A stretch of DNA of 64,000 nucleotides from Gammaproteobacteria bacterium (GTDB lineage Bacteria > Pseudomonadota > Gammaproteobacteria > Eutrophobiales > Eutrophobiaceae), in contig CBDFNQ010000035.1 of NCBI GenBank assembly GCA_965250225.1, forward strand, positions 1,641-65,640, read 5' to 3'. The translations under genes were made by a program, and so were the position numbers. Shown here one piece after another: positions 44,884 to 53,264 of this stretch (positions are counted from its first letter, which is position 1; each line of letters opens with the position of its first letter). The notes beneath the pieces were generated by a model. It was not told where the DNA came from. It saw only the letters and a program-made list of their open reading frames with translations, and did not search any database.

Positions 44884-45716
44884 ACAAAGATCATAAATCA
44901 CATGAAATGGGTCTGCATGATGAGCAACTGGCGGGTCGTACCCAACAGATGTATTTCTCTGCCTCAGAGGAAGAGAATTTTATCCATGCTTATGCCTATG
45001 ACGTAGATTTTGACAAGGCGGCAGAATTTGATTGTACCGATATGGAGAATACTGAAGCCAACATCAAAATCCGTGATTTGTTAAAAGAAGGTTATGGCAC
45101 GATAACGATTAAAAACCCTATGGGTAAGCATGCACTGGGTGTCGGTATCCTGAATCGTCTCAATCTGAATTTTGAAGGTAGCCTGGGTTACTTTGCCTGT
45201 GGTCTTATCGATGGACCGAATGTCCGCATTAATGGTCGCGTCGGTTGGTCCTGCGCTGAAAATATGATGGCCGGTACTCTGGTTATCGAAAAGAATGCGG
45301 GCTCACTTTTTGGTGCAGCGATTCGTGGTGGCGATCTGGTTTGTAAAGGACGTGCAGGCGCACGTGTCGGTATCGACCAGAAGGGTGGCACGATTATCGT
45401 GGGTGGCAGTGTGGGCGCCTTTACTGGTTTCATGATGCAGCGTGGTCGTATGATCATCCTCGGTGATGCCAGTGAGAATCTGGGCGACTCTATGTATGAC
45501 GGTACGATTTATATTGCCGGGAAACCAAAGAGTTTGGGTGTTGATGCCGTCGAAGCCGATTTGACCGAACTGGATATTGAATATCTGAAAGGCAAATTAG
45601 ACTTATACGGTATGGAAGCACCGAATGGTGTTGAAAATATTACCAAGATCGAATCTGGCAAACAGTTGTGGAATTATGACAACCTTGAGCCGACCGAAAA
45701 GAAACTGGTGCTCTAA
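44871..45716 (+). CDS. mgsB: N-methylglutamate synthase subunit B-like (GXGXG domain), set 2
   Basis: Gly-rich beta-helix repeats: GSLGYFACGLIDG, GRVGWSCAENMMAG, GRAGARVGIDQKG and GDASENLGDSM. It overlaps the stop of mgsA. Confidence 0.8.
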   Translation: MASVNKDHKSHEMGLHDEQLAGRTQQMYFSASEEENFIHAYAYDVDFDKAAEFDCTDMENTEANIKIRDLLKEGYGTITIKNPMGKHALGVGILNRLNLNFEGSLGYFACGLIDGPNVRINGRVGWSCAENMMAGTLVIEKNAGSLFGAAIRGGDLVCKGRAGARVGIDQKGGTIIVGGSVGAFTGFMMQRGRMIILGDASENLGDSMYDGTIYIAGKPKSLGVDAVEADLTELDIEYLKGKLDLYGMEAPNGVENITKIESGKQLWNYDNLEPTEKKLVL

Positions 45717-45953
45717 CCTGGATTCCTCAGTTGACCGGCATTGAATTGTGATTATGAGTTTCAAACTAGCAGCTTATAGTGTGTTGGGTATTCATTCGTT
45801 GAACGAATCCGCCTACTCATTTGATTGCACATCTTTGAGGCTCATTTGCTTGATGGCGAAAGCCTTACGTAGAACGACTATGTACGGCTTTCTAATCGGC
45901 GCAACTGAACCTCAAAGACGCACACTCAAACGAGTCCAACTAAGGATTCCAGG
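45717..45953. mobile_element. 237-bp MITE-like / highly structured element with 17-bp imperfect terminal inverted repeats, in the mgsB-mgsC spacer
   Basis: Left end CCTGGATTCCTCAGTTG (45717-45733) matches the reverse complement of the right end CAACTAAGGATTCCAGG (45937-45953) at 15/17 positions. An internal nested inverted repeat is CTTTGAGG (45833-45840) / CCTCAAAG (45910-45917), with GAAAGCC...GGCTTTC inside it. The equivalent spacer in set 1 is only 47 bp. Confidence 0.45.
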
Positions 45954-45980
45954 TTTTAATAATTTAAGAGGGTAAAGATT

Positions 45981-47327
45981 ATGTCTTCTGTAAAAGATGA
46001 TGCTAAAAAATATCATTTGGGTGATAGCTTTATTTTTCCACCCGAGGTTATTAATGATATCCACGTTAAGGCTGAACTCGGTCGTTATCGGATGCGTGGT
46101 TTTTCATTATTCAAGAAAATTCCGACCTGGGATGATCTAACGTTCATGCCGGGAACCTTAACTCGTTTTGTGATTGAAGGTTATCGGGAAAAATGTACAA
46201 CGAAAACCGTTATTGGCCCACGTGCCAAACGTCCACTGGAACTGGATATCCCTGTTTATATTACCGGTATGAGTTTTGGTGCACTGAGTTATGAAGCCAA
46301 GACCGCATTAGCTCGTGGTGCTACCATGGCTGGAACAGCCACTTGTTCAGGTGAAGGTGGCATGATTCCAGATGAGCGCCGTTATTCGGAAAAATGGTTC
46401 TATCAATGTATCCAGTCCCGTTATGGTTTTAACCCACAACATTTGCGTTTGGCAGATGGTGTTGAGTTCTTCATTGGACAGGGTTGTAAGGTTGGCCTGG
46501 GCGGTCACTTAATGGGCCAAAAGGTAACCGATCAGGTTGCGGAAATGCGTTCATTACCTGCCGGTATCGATCAACGTTCACCTGCACGCCACCCTGACTG
46601 GATGGGACCAGATGATTTGGCTCTGAAGATTCAGGAGATTCGCCAAGCGACTGACGGACAGATTCCGATTCAGTTAAAGCTTGGTGCGGCACGTGTCTAT
46701 GATGATGTCCGTATGGCTGCCAAGACCAATCCTGATTCTATCTATATCGATGGCATGGAAGGCGGTACTGGAGCGGGTCCTCATCTTGCAACAGAAGATA
46801 CCGGTGTTCCTGGTATTGGCGCAATTCGCCAGGCACGTCGTGCCATTCAGGATGTGGGTATGGAAGGTAAAATTACGCTAATCTATGCTGGCGGTATTCG
46901 CAACGGTGCTGATTTGGCGAAGGCCATTGCTCTGGGTGCGGATGCGGTTGCGATTGGTCACTCAGCAATGATGGCGTTGAACTGTAATAAAGACATTCCA
47001 GAAGCTGATTTCGAAGAAGAGATGGGTGTTTCGGCTGGTTCTTGTTACCACTGTCATACGGGTCGATGTCCGGTGGGCGTGGCTACCCAGGATCCAAAAT
47101 TGCGTGCTCGTTTGAATCCGGATGAAGCGGCTATTCGTGTCTATAACTTCCTGCATACATTGACTATTGAAGCTCAATTGTTTGCTCGTGCTTGTGGTAA
47201 AACCGACATCCACTCATTAGAGCCGGAAGATTTAGCTGCTTTGACTATGGAAGCCTCTGCAATAGCACAGGTGCCATTGGCTGGATCACAGCACACAGTT
47301 GGTCGTCCTGATTTGACACGTTTCTAG
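45981..47327 (+). CDS. mgsC: N-methylglutamate synthase subunit C-like (FMN domain), set 2
   Basis: ITGMSFGALS, GQGCKVGLGG, DGMEGGTGAG and AGGIRNGADLAKAIALGADAV. Confidence 0.85.
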   Translation: MSSVKDDAKKYHLGDSFIFPPEVINDIHVKAELGRYRMRGFSLFKKIPTWDDLTFMPGTLTRFVIEGYREKCTTKTVIGPRAKRPLELDIPVYITGMSFGALSYEAKTALARGATMAGTATCSGEGGMIPDERRYSEKWFYQCIQSRYGFNPQHLRLADGVEFFIGQGCKVGLGGHLMGQKVTDQVAEMRSLPAGIDQRSPARHPDWMGPDDLALKIQEIRQATDGQIPIQLKLGAARVYDDVRMAAKTNPDSIYIDGMEGGTGAGPHLATEDTGVPGIGAIRQARRAIQDVGMEGKITLIYAGGIRNGADLAKAIALGADAVAIGHSAMMALNCNKDIPEADFEEEMGVSAGSCYHCHTGRCPVGVATQDPKLRARLNPDEAAIRVYNFLHTLTIEAQLFARACGKTDIHSLEPEDLAALTMEASAIAQVPLAGSQHTVGRPDLTRF

Positions 47328-47351
47328 AATAATTTTGTTGGGAGAAAAAAC

Positions 47352-47732
47352 ATGAGTAAGAACGATTTATCGAATAAAGAAAGTGTTGATGAAGAGCGTT
47401 CGAAGATCACCGGTCAACATATCGGTTATCGGTATGATGTAAACCTTGTACCAGATCTGGATAAGATAACACCATTTCTTAAAAAATATATCGATATTAT
47501 GGGATGGAAGGATCTTAACTGGTTGGAAGACATACACATGGGTTACGAGGAAGGGCGAGCAGCAGTATTTGATCGCAACAACAATGGTTGGGTGACTATA
47601 CCTGAAAATATGGAACTGCCTGATAACCAACAGGACCGTGACATGATTGCGCGAGAGTTGTTGGTCAAGTTCCAGATGTCACCAAACCATCCGATGGTTG
47701 ATTTAAGGAAGGCTTACGAGAAATTCAGCTAA
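47352..47732 (+). CDS. Hypothetical protein (126 aa) between mgsC and mgdA
   Basis: GGGAGAAAAAAC precedes the ATG. The product is acidic and soluble-looking, with no motif I recognise. A terminator follows. Confidence 0.5.
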   Translation: MSKNDLSNKESVDEERSKITGQHIGYRYDVNLVPDLDKITPFLKKYIDIMGWKDLNWLEDIHMGYEEGRAAVFDRNNNGWVTIPENMELPDNQQDRDMIARELLVKFQMSPNHPMVDLRKAYEKFS

Positions 47733-47756
47733 TATAGATTTTTCCAGGCAATCATG

Positions 47757-47794
47757 CGGGTCGGCTTTTTCAAAAGGCTGACCCGTGTTTTTTT
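47757..47794 (+). terminator. Rho-independent terminator
   Basis: The stem CGGGTCGGCTTTT / AAAAGGCTGACCCG (47757-47785) is followed by TGTTTTTTT. Confidence 0.7.
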
Positions 47795-47994
47795 GGCACC
47801 TCGAAAATGTTACGGAGAGCTGCTAATGGAAGTATTACTTATGCGGTATATAAGTAACTAACCAGATTATGTACGATCCCCAATGAATGTTTCTTTTACT
47901 ATCATTTAAAGGTATTACGACCTTAGGAATTATCTTAGAGTAATCTGGCAAAACTATTTGGCAGAGCAATCCAATTAACGGGAGCAAAATTGGT

Positions 47995-49254
47995 ATGAGT
48001 CGGTATTCAGCTTTGGAGGTTCTCAAAGGAGGGCTAACAGGGCAAACACACTGGGAACGCGCCTGGCGCGATCCAGAACCGAAGCGAGAATATGATGCCA
48101 TTATTATCGGTGGTGGCGGGCATGGTTTAGCCGCGGCATATTATCTTGCCAAGACACATGGGATGAGCAATATCGCCGTCTGTGAAAAAGGCTGGTTAGG
48201 TGGTGGTAATGTTGGTCGAAATACGACCATCATTCGTTCCAACTATATGCTCGAAGATAATGCACATTTTTATGAACATGGCATGAAGTTGTGGGAAGAA
48301 ATGGCGCAAGAGCTTAACTTCAATGTCATGTTTTCCCAGCGCGGTATTATTAATGTTGCTCATTCCGATGCACAGATGGATGGTTTCGCACGTCGCGGTA
48401 ATGCTATGCGTTTAAGTGGCATCGATGCAGAATTGTTAACCCGGGATCAGGTTAAAGAATTCCTGCCAATGATCGATTATAGCGATAAGGCACGTTTCCC
48501 TGTTTATGGTGGATTACAACAACCACGTGGTGGAACCGCTAGACACGATGCGGTTGCCTGGGGGTATGCCCGTGCGGCAGATATGTTAGGTGTCGATATA
48601 ATTCAAAATTGTGAAGTGACCGGTTTTGATATTCAGGATGGACAAGTTCAAGGACTGCAAACTTCACGTGGTGCTATCAAGGCGAAGAAGGTGGGTATTG
48701 CTGTTGCAGGGAATACTTCTCGGCTATGTGCCATGGCAGGGTTACATCGTTTACCCATCGAAAGCCATAAATTACAGGCTATGGTGTCTGAGCCTTTAAA
48801 GCCATTCATTGATACGGTTTGTACCTTCGGTGCTGGGCATTTTTATGTTAGCCAGTCGAATAAAGGTGGTCTGGTATTTGGTGGTGATCTGGATGGATAT
48901 AATTCTTATGCACAACGTGGCAACTTACCGATGGTGAATCATGTATTGCAATCCGGTATGGCACTCATGCCAGCGATTGGGCGTTTACGTCTATTGCGTC
49001 ATTGGGCAGGGATAATGGATATGTCCATGGATGGTAGTCCGATCATCAGTACGACACCGATTAAAGGTTTGTATCTTAATGGTGGTTGGTGTTACGGCGG
49101 CTTTAAGGCAACGCCGGCTGCCGGTTGGTGCTTTGCACATACTATGGCAAATAACCAGCCTCATAAACTCAATGAAAATTTTACGCTAAACCGCTTTGAA
49201 CGTGGTTACGCCATCGACGAAAAAGGCATGGGCCCTGTTCCTGGATTACATTAG
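47995..49254 (+). CDS. mgdA: N-methylglutamate dehydrogenase subunit A (heterotetrameric sarcosine oxidase beta-like)
   Basis: IIIGGGGHGLAAAYYLA FAD fold and 419 aa. It heads a soxB-D-A-G-ordered operon next to the mgs genes. Confidence 0.8.
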   Translation: MSRYSALEVLKGGLTGQTHWERAWRDPEPKREYDAIIIGGGGHGLAAAYYLAKTHGMSNIAVCEKGWLGGGNVGRNTTIIRSNYMLEDNAHFYEHGMKLWEEMAQELNFNVMFSQRGIINVAHSDAQMDGFARRGNAMRLSGIDAELLTRDQVKEFLPMIDYSDKARFPVYGGLQQPRGGTARHDAVAWGYARAADMLGVDIIQNCEVTGFDIQDGQVQGLQTSRGAIKAKKVGIAVAGNTSRLCAMAGLHRLPIESHKLQAMVSEPLKPFIDTVCTFGAGHFYVSQSNKGGLVFGGDLDGYNSYAQRGNLPMVNHVLQSGMALMPAIGRLRLLRHWAGIMDMSMDGSPIISTTPIKGLYLNGGWCYGGFKATPAAGWCFAHTMANNQPHKLNENFTLNRFERGYAIDEKGMGPVPGLH

Positions 49255-49268
49255 GAAGGAATAACAAA

Positions 49269-49550
49269 ATGATTCGAATTAATTGTCCCTGGTGTGGTGA
49301 ACGCAATATGGTGGAATTCACCTATGGCGGCGATGCCATCAATAAACATCCAGGACTTTCAGAAAACACCGGCGAAGCACAGTATAACGATTATGTCTAT
49401 CTTCGTGATAACCCATGTGGGCCGCATCTTGAATATTGGCATCACGTCAACGGCTGCCGCCAATGGTTGAAAGTCAAACGCGACACACTGACCCATGAGG
49501 TGTTGGCAACAGGTTCGGCTGACGAAATACTCGGGGGAGAACAAGAATGA
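49269..49550 (+). CDS. mgdB: N-methylglutamate dehydrogenase subunit B (SoxD-like)
   Basis: 93 aa with N-terminal INCPWCGERN and ...HHVNGCRQW zinc ligands typical of SoxD. Confidence 0.8.
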   Translation: MIRINCPWCGERNMVEFTYGGDAINKHPGLSENTGEAQYNDYVYLRDNPCGPHLEYWHHVNGCRQWLKVKRDTLTHEVLATGSADEILGGEQE

Positions 49551-52543
49551 CAATGCAACCTAACCGCTTAGCCAAAGGTGGTTCTATTGACCGTACGAAA
49601 TTATTGTCATTTAGCTTTGATGGAAAAACCTATACTGGCTATCAGGGAGATACACTAGCCTCAGCCTTGCTAGCCAATGATGTGAAGCTGGTAGGACGTA
49701 GCTTTAAATATCATCGTCCTCGAGGGGTGTTTTCTGCAGGTTCGGAAGAACCCAACGCTGTTGTACACTTGCGAGCAGGTGATCGTCAGGAACCTAACAC
49801 ACGCGCAACTGTGGCAGAATTATTTGATGGTCTGGTGGCCGAAAGCCAGAACCGCGGTGGTAGTCTTCGTTTTGACCCAAGCCAGGTAAATAATTACGTC
49901 AAAAATTTTCTGCCAGCAGGGTTTTACTATAAGACCTTTATGGGTTCGTTTCGGAATACCAAAATCTGGTATTTTTTCGAGGGCATAATCCGCAAAGCAG
50001 CAGGTATGGGAACGGCATCGAACCTGGCTGATCCTGATCAATATGACACCATGAGCCGTCATTGTGAGGTATTGGTAATCGGTGCAGGCCCTGCTGGTTT
50101 GATGGCAGCCACATCCGCAGCAGCCAGTGGCGCACGAGTGATACTGATCGATGAACGTGCAGAATTAGGCGGGCAGTTACGTTATGAACGTGATGAGGTT
50201 GATGGAAAACCAGCGATAGAATGGATTAAGCAAACGGTTGCTGAGCTGGAAGCGATGGAAAATGTTTTCATCCTTAGCCGTACCACTGCTTTTGGTTACT
50301 ATGATCATAATTTTATTGGCTGTGTAGAGCGTGTATCGGATCACTTGCTAGTGCCAACGGGACATAAACCGCGTCAACGCACGTGGAACCTCCAGGCAAA
50401 TCGAGTTGTACTCGCAACTGGTTCGCATGAGCAACCGATGGTGTTTGGCAATAATGATCGTCCCAATATTATGTTGGCGAGTGCCGTACGTACCTATATT
50501 AATGAATATGGAGTATTGCCCGGTAAACGTGCTGTCGTTTTTACTTCATGTGATGATGCCTATCGTACTGCTATTGATCTGGTTGATGCAGGTGCGAAAG
50601 TTGAAGTAATTGTTGACTCACGTAATGTTGAATCAGCTTATGCTAGTCAGCTTCGAGAACGAAACATTAAGATTCTACAGGGGCATGCTGTTGTCAATAC
50701 CCATGGTAATGTAGATGGTATCAAATCCGTAGAGATCCAGTCTTTGTCTGGTGGAAGTTCACAACGATTGGATTGCGATCTACTGGCGATGTCGAATGGT
50801 TGGGCACCGGCCTTGCATTTGTTCAGTCAGTCTGGCGGTAAAACAGCCTGGGATGCTGAACGACATATTTTTGTTCCAGGGGATTCAAAACAAGCTGAAT
50901 CTTCTGTTGGTTCTGCACAGGGTAGTTTTGCTCTTAAGACCTGTCTTGAAGAGGGTTCAAAGGCAGGTGCTGAAGCTGCCACGAATGCTGGCTTTTCTGC
51001 ACAGGCTCTAGTTGTTCCTGCAACCGTCGAATTACAAGAAACTTTGTACGAGCCGCTTTGGGAAGCACCTGATCCTGTTTCCGGTCATCCAAAGAAATTT
51101 GTCGATCATCAGGATGATGTGGCTGTTAGTGATATTCAGCTTGCTCATCGTGAAGGTTATGTTTCAGTTGAGCATCTGAAACGTTATACAACTTTGGGTA
51201 TGGGTACAGACCAGGGTAAAACGTCCAATGTTTCCGGTCTTGCCATTATGGCTGCGTCACGTGGCTGTTCAATACCCGAAGCAGGACATACGACATTCCG
51301 TCCACCTTATACGCCGGTTTCATTAGGTGCCCTCGGGGGTGCAGAAGTCGGTGAACATTTTATGCCGATTCGTCGCACGGCAATAGATTCCTGGCATGCT
51401 GAACAGGGCTGTGAATGGGTCGATGCAGGTGTTTGGCGTCGTCCTCGTTATTATCCAACAGCGGGTGAAACGATTCGTGATGCGTTTCTTCGAGAAACCA
51501 AAATGACACGTAGTTCAGTCGGTATGTGTGATGTGACTACCCTGGGTAAAATTGATCTTCAAGGTTCGGATACAGCAGAATTACTTGAGCGTATGTATAT
51601 CAACCATTGGAAAAAATTGGCCGTTGGCAAAGCACGCTACGGCATGATGTTACGTGAAGATGGTATTGTTTATGACGATGGTACGACGTCGCGATTGGCC
51701 GAAAACCATTTTGTAATGACAACAACGACTGCTAATGCCGTCAAGGTGATGTCTAACCTTGAGTTTTACTTACAAGCTATCTGGTCAGATCTGCGAGTTC
51801 AGGTGACGAGTGTTACTGAACAATGGTCAGCCATTGCAGTTGCTGGGCCGAACTCACGTAAGGTGTTGCAAAAGATTGTTGATATCGATATGTCTAACGA
51901 GGCATTTCCATTTATGGGGGCATCAGAATGTGTTGCTGCCGGAATTCCGAAGTGCCGTCTATTTCGTATTTCTTTTTCGGGTGAATTGGCCTTTGAAATT
52001 AATGTGCCTTGCGATTACGGTCGTTATGTCTGGGAAAAAATTTACGAAGCAGGTCAGGAATTTGATATTGCACCTTATGGTACTGAAACATTGGGCAATA
52101 TGCGTATCGAGAAAGGTCATGTCGCAGGTCCAGAGTTAGATGGACGTACGATTGCAGACGACTTGGGTCTCGGTATGATGATGTCGAAGAAAAAAGAATT
52201 TATTGGTAAGCGTCTTGCCTATCGTGAAGCGTTAACATCAGCGGATCGAAAGAAGTTTGTTGGCTTTGTTCCACTGGATGGTAAAACATCTTTGAAAGCC
52301 GGTTCACAAATAGTGGCCAATGCTCATGCAGCACCACCCGTCGAAATGGTGGGTCATGTCACATCAACCGGATATTGCGTAGAAAAAGATCATCCGATTG
52401 CATTGGGCTTGATTAAAGGTGGACTTGAAGCCTGGGAAGACAAAACTGTTTATATGAGTTATCCGTTAAGAAACCTGACAGTACCGATGAAAGTGGTACA
52501 TCCGGTATTCGTCGATCCAGAGGGGGAAAGACTCCGTGGTTGA
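49547..52543 (+). CDS. mgdC: N-methylglutamate dehydrogenase subunit C (SoxA-like, with C-terminal folate-binding GcvT-like domain)
   Basis: 998 aa. VLVIGAGPAGLMAA dinucleotide fold and a C-terminal aminomethyltransferase-like region. It overlaps the flanking genes by 4 and 8 nt. Confidence 0.85.
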   Translation: MTMQPNRLAKGGSIDRTKLLSFSFDGKTYTGYQGDTLASALLANDVKLVGRSFKYHRPRGVFSAGSEEPNAVVHLRAGDRQEPNTRATVAELFDGLVAESQNRGGSLRFDPSQVNNYVKNFLPAGFYYKTFMGSFRNTKIWYFFEGIIRKAAGMGTASNLADPDQYDTMSRHCEVLVIGAGPAGLMAATSAAASGARVILIDERAELGGQLRYERDEVDGKPAIEWIKQTVAELEAMENVFILSRTTAFGYYDHNFIGCVERVSDHLLVPTGHKPRQRTWNLQANRVVLATGSHEQPMVFGNNDRPNIMLASAVRTYINEYGVLPGKRAVVFTSCDDAYRTAIDLVDAGAKVEVIVDSRNVESAYASQLRERNIKILQGHAVVNTHGNVDGIKSVEIQSLSGGSSQRLDCDLLAMSNGWAPALHLFSQSGGKTAWDAERHIFVPGDSKQAESSVGSAQGSFALKTCLEEGSKAGAEAATNAGFSAQALVVPATVELQETLYEPLWEAPDPVSGHPKKFVDHQDDVAVSDIQLAHREGYVSVEHLKRYTTLGMGTDQGKTSNVSGLAIMAASRGCSIPEAGHTTFRPPYTPVSLGALGGAEVGEHFMPIRRTAIDSWHAEQGCEWVDAGVWRRPRYYPTAGETIRDAFLRETKMTRSSVGMCDVTTLGKIDLQGSDTAELLERMYINHWKKLAVGKARYGMMLREDGIVYDDGTTSRLAENHFVMTTTTANAVKVMSNLEFYLQAIWSDLRVQVTSVTEQWSAIAVAGPNSRKVLQKIVDIDMSNEAFPFMGASECVAAGIPKCRLFRISFSGELAFEINVPCDYGRYVWEKIYEAGQEFDIAPYGTETLGNMRIEKGHVAGPELDGRTIADDLGLGMMMSKKKEFIGKRLAYREALTSADRKKFVGFVPLDGKTSLKAGSQIVANAHAAPPVEMVGHVTSTGYCVEKDHPIALGLIKGGLEAWEDKTVYMSYPLRNLTVPMKVVHPVFVDPEGERLRG

Positions 52544-53150
52544 AGTAGCGACAACACGCCGTGCGGCGTTAAATGAGATATATCAGATTGGAGACTTCGG
52601 TGAAGTTACGAATAATGATCCAGGCGTTATATTTAATGAGCGCCGTGCACTCAATATTGTTCAGGTGGCAGCATGGGAAGAGAAGGCGGATGCAGCAGTA
52701 GCCGCTATCGAACAAGCTGCTGGTGTAAAACCCTCTCGAACGGCATGCAGTGCTATACAGTCTGATAAAACTGCTGCAATTTGGGTAGGCCCTGATCGTT
52801 GGCTAATTGTAGAAAAGGAACACCGCGATCTTGAGGTAGTGATTAGAAATGCTGTGAGTGAAGAAATGGCAGCGATAACTGATCAGAGTCATAGTCGTTG
52901 TGTTATTCGTCTTTCCGGTACAGAAGCACGTAATGTTTTACGCAAAGGCACAACACTGGATTTGGATCCTGCGTATTTCAAATCAGGTGAAGCACGTACT
53001 ACAAGTTTGTTCCATATGAATTGTTTGATTCACTGTTTAAGTGAAGACAGTTTTGATCTCTATGTTGCCCGCTCTTTTGGGCAAAGTTTTTTTGAAGTGA
53101 TTACACATGCAGCTGCTGAGTATGGTTATCGGATTGACAATCCGATATAG
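52536..53150 (+). CDS. mgdD: N-methylglutamate dehydrogenase subunit D (SoxG-like)
   Basis: 204 aa with a GTG start overlapping the mgdC stop. The position and size match SoxG. Confidence 0.7.
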   Translation: MVEVATTRRAALNEIYQIGDFGEVTNNDPGVIFNERRALNIVQVAAWEEKADAAVAAIEQAAGVKPSRTACSAIQSDKTAAIWVGPDRWLIVEKEHRDLEVVIRNAVSEEMAAITDQSHSRCVIRLSGTEARNVLRKGTTLDLDPAYFKSGEARTTSLFHMNCLIHCLSEDSFDLYVARSFGQSFFEVITHAAAEYGYRIDNPI

Positions 53151-53264
53151 CTCAACTCATTTTGTTTTGCCAGATTTATTATCAGAAATAATCCTGGTTG
53201 CTTTGTTTCAGGAGGTTTGAAAAATTTCTGTCTTGATTTAGCCTGGATGAAATCGTTACTGTGG

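Noticed and set aside
45748-45975. A 75-aa plus-strand ORF inside the mgsB-mgsC spacer element
   Set aside because: It has a GTG start without an RBS. It lies wholly within the inverted-repeat-rich element and runs into the mgsC RBS. It is more parsimoniously non-coding.
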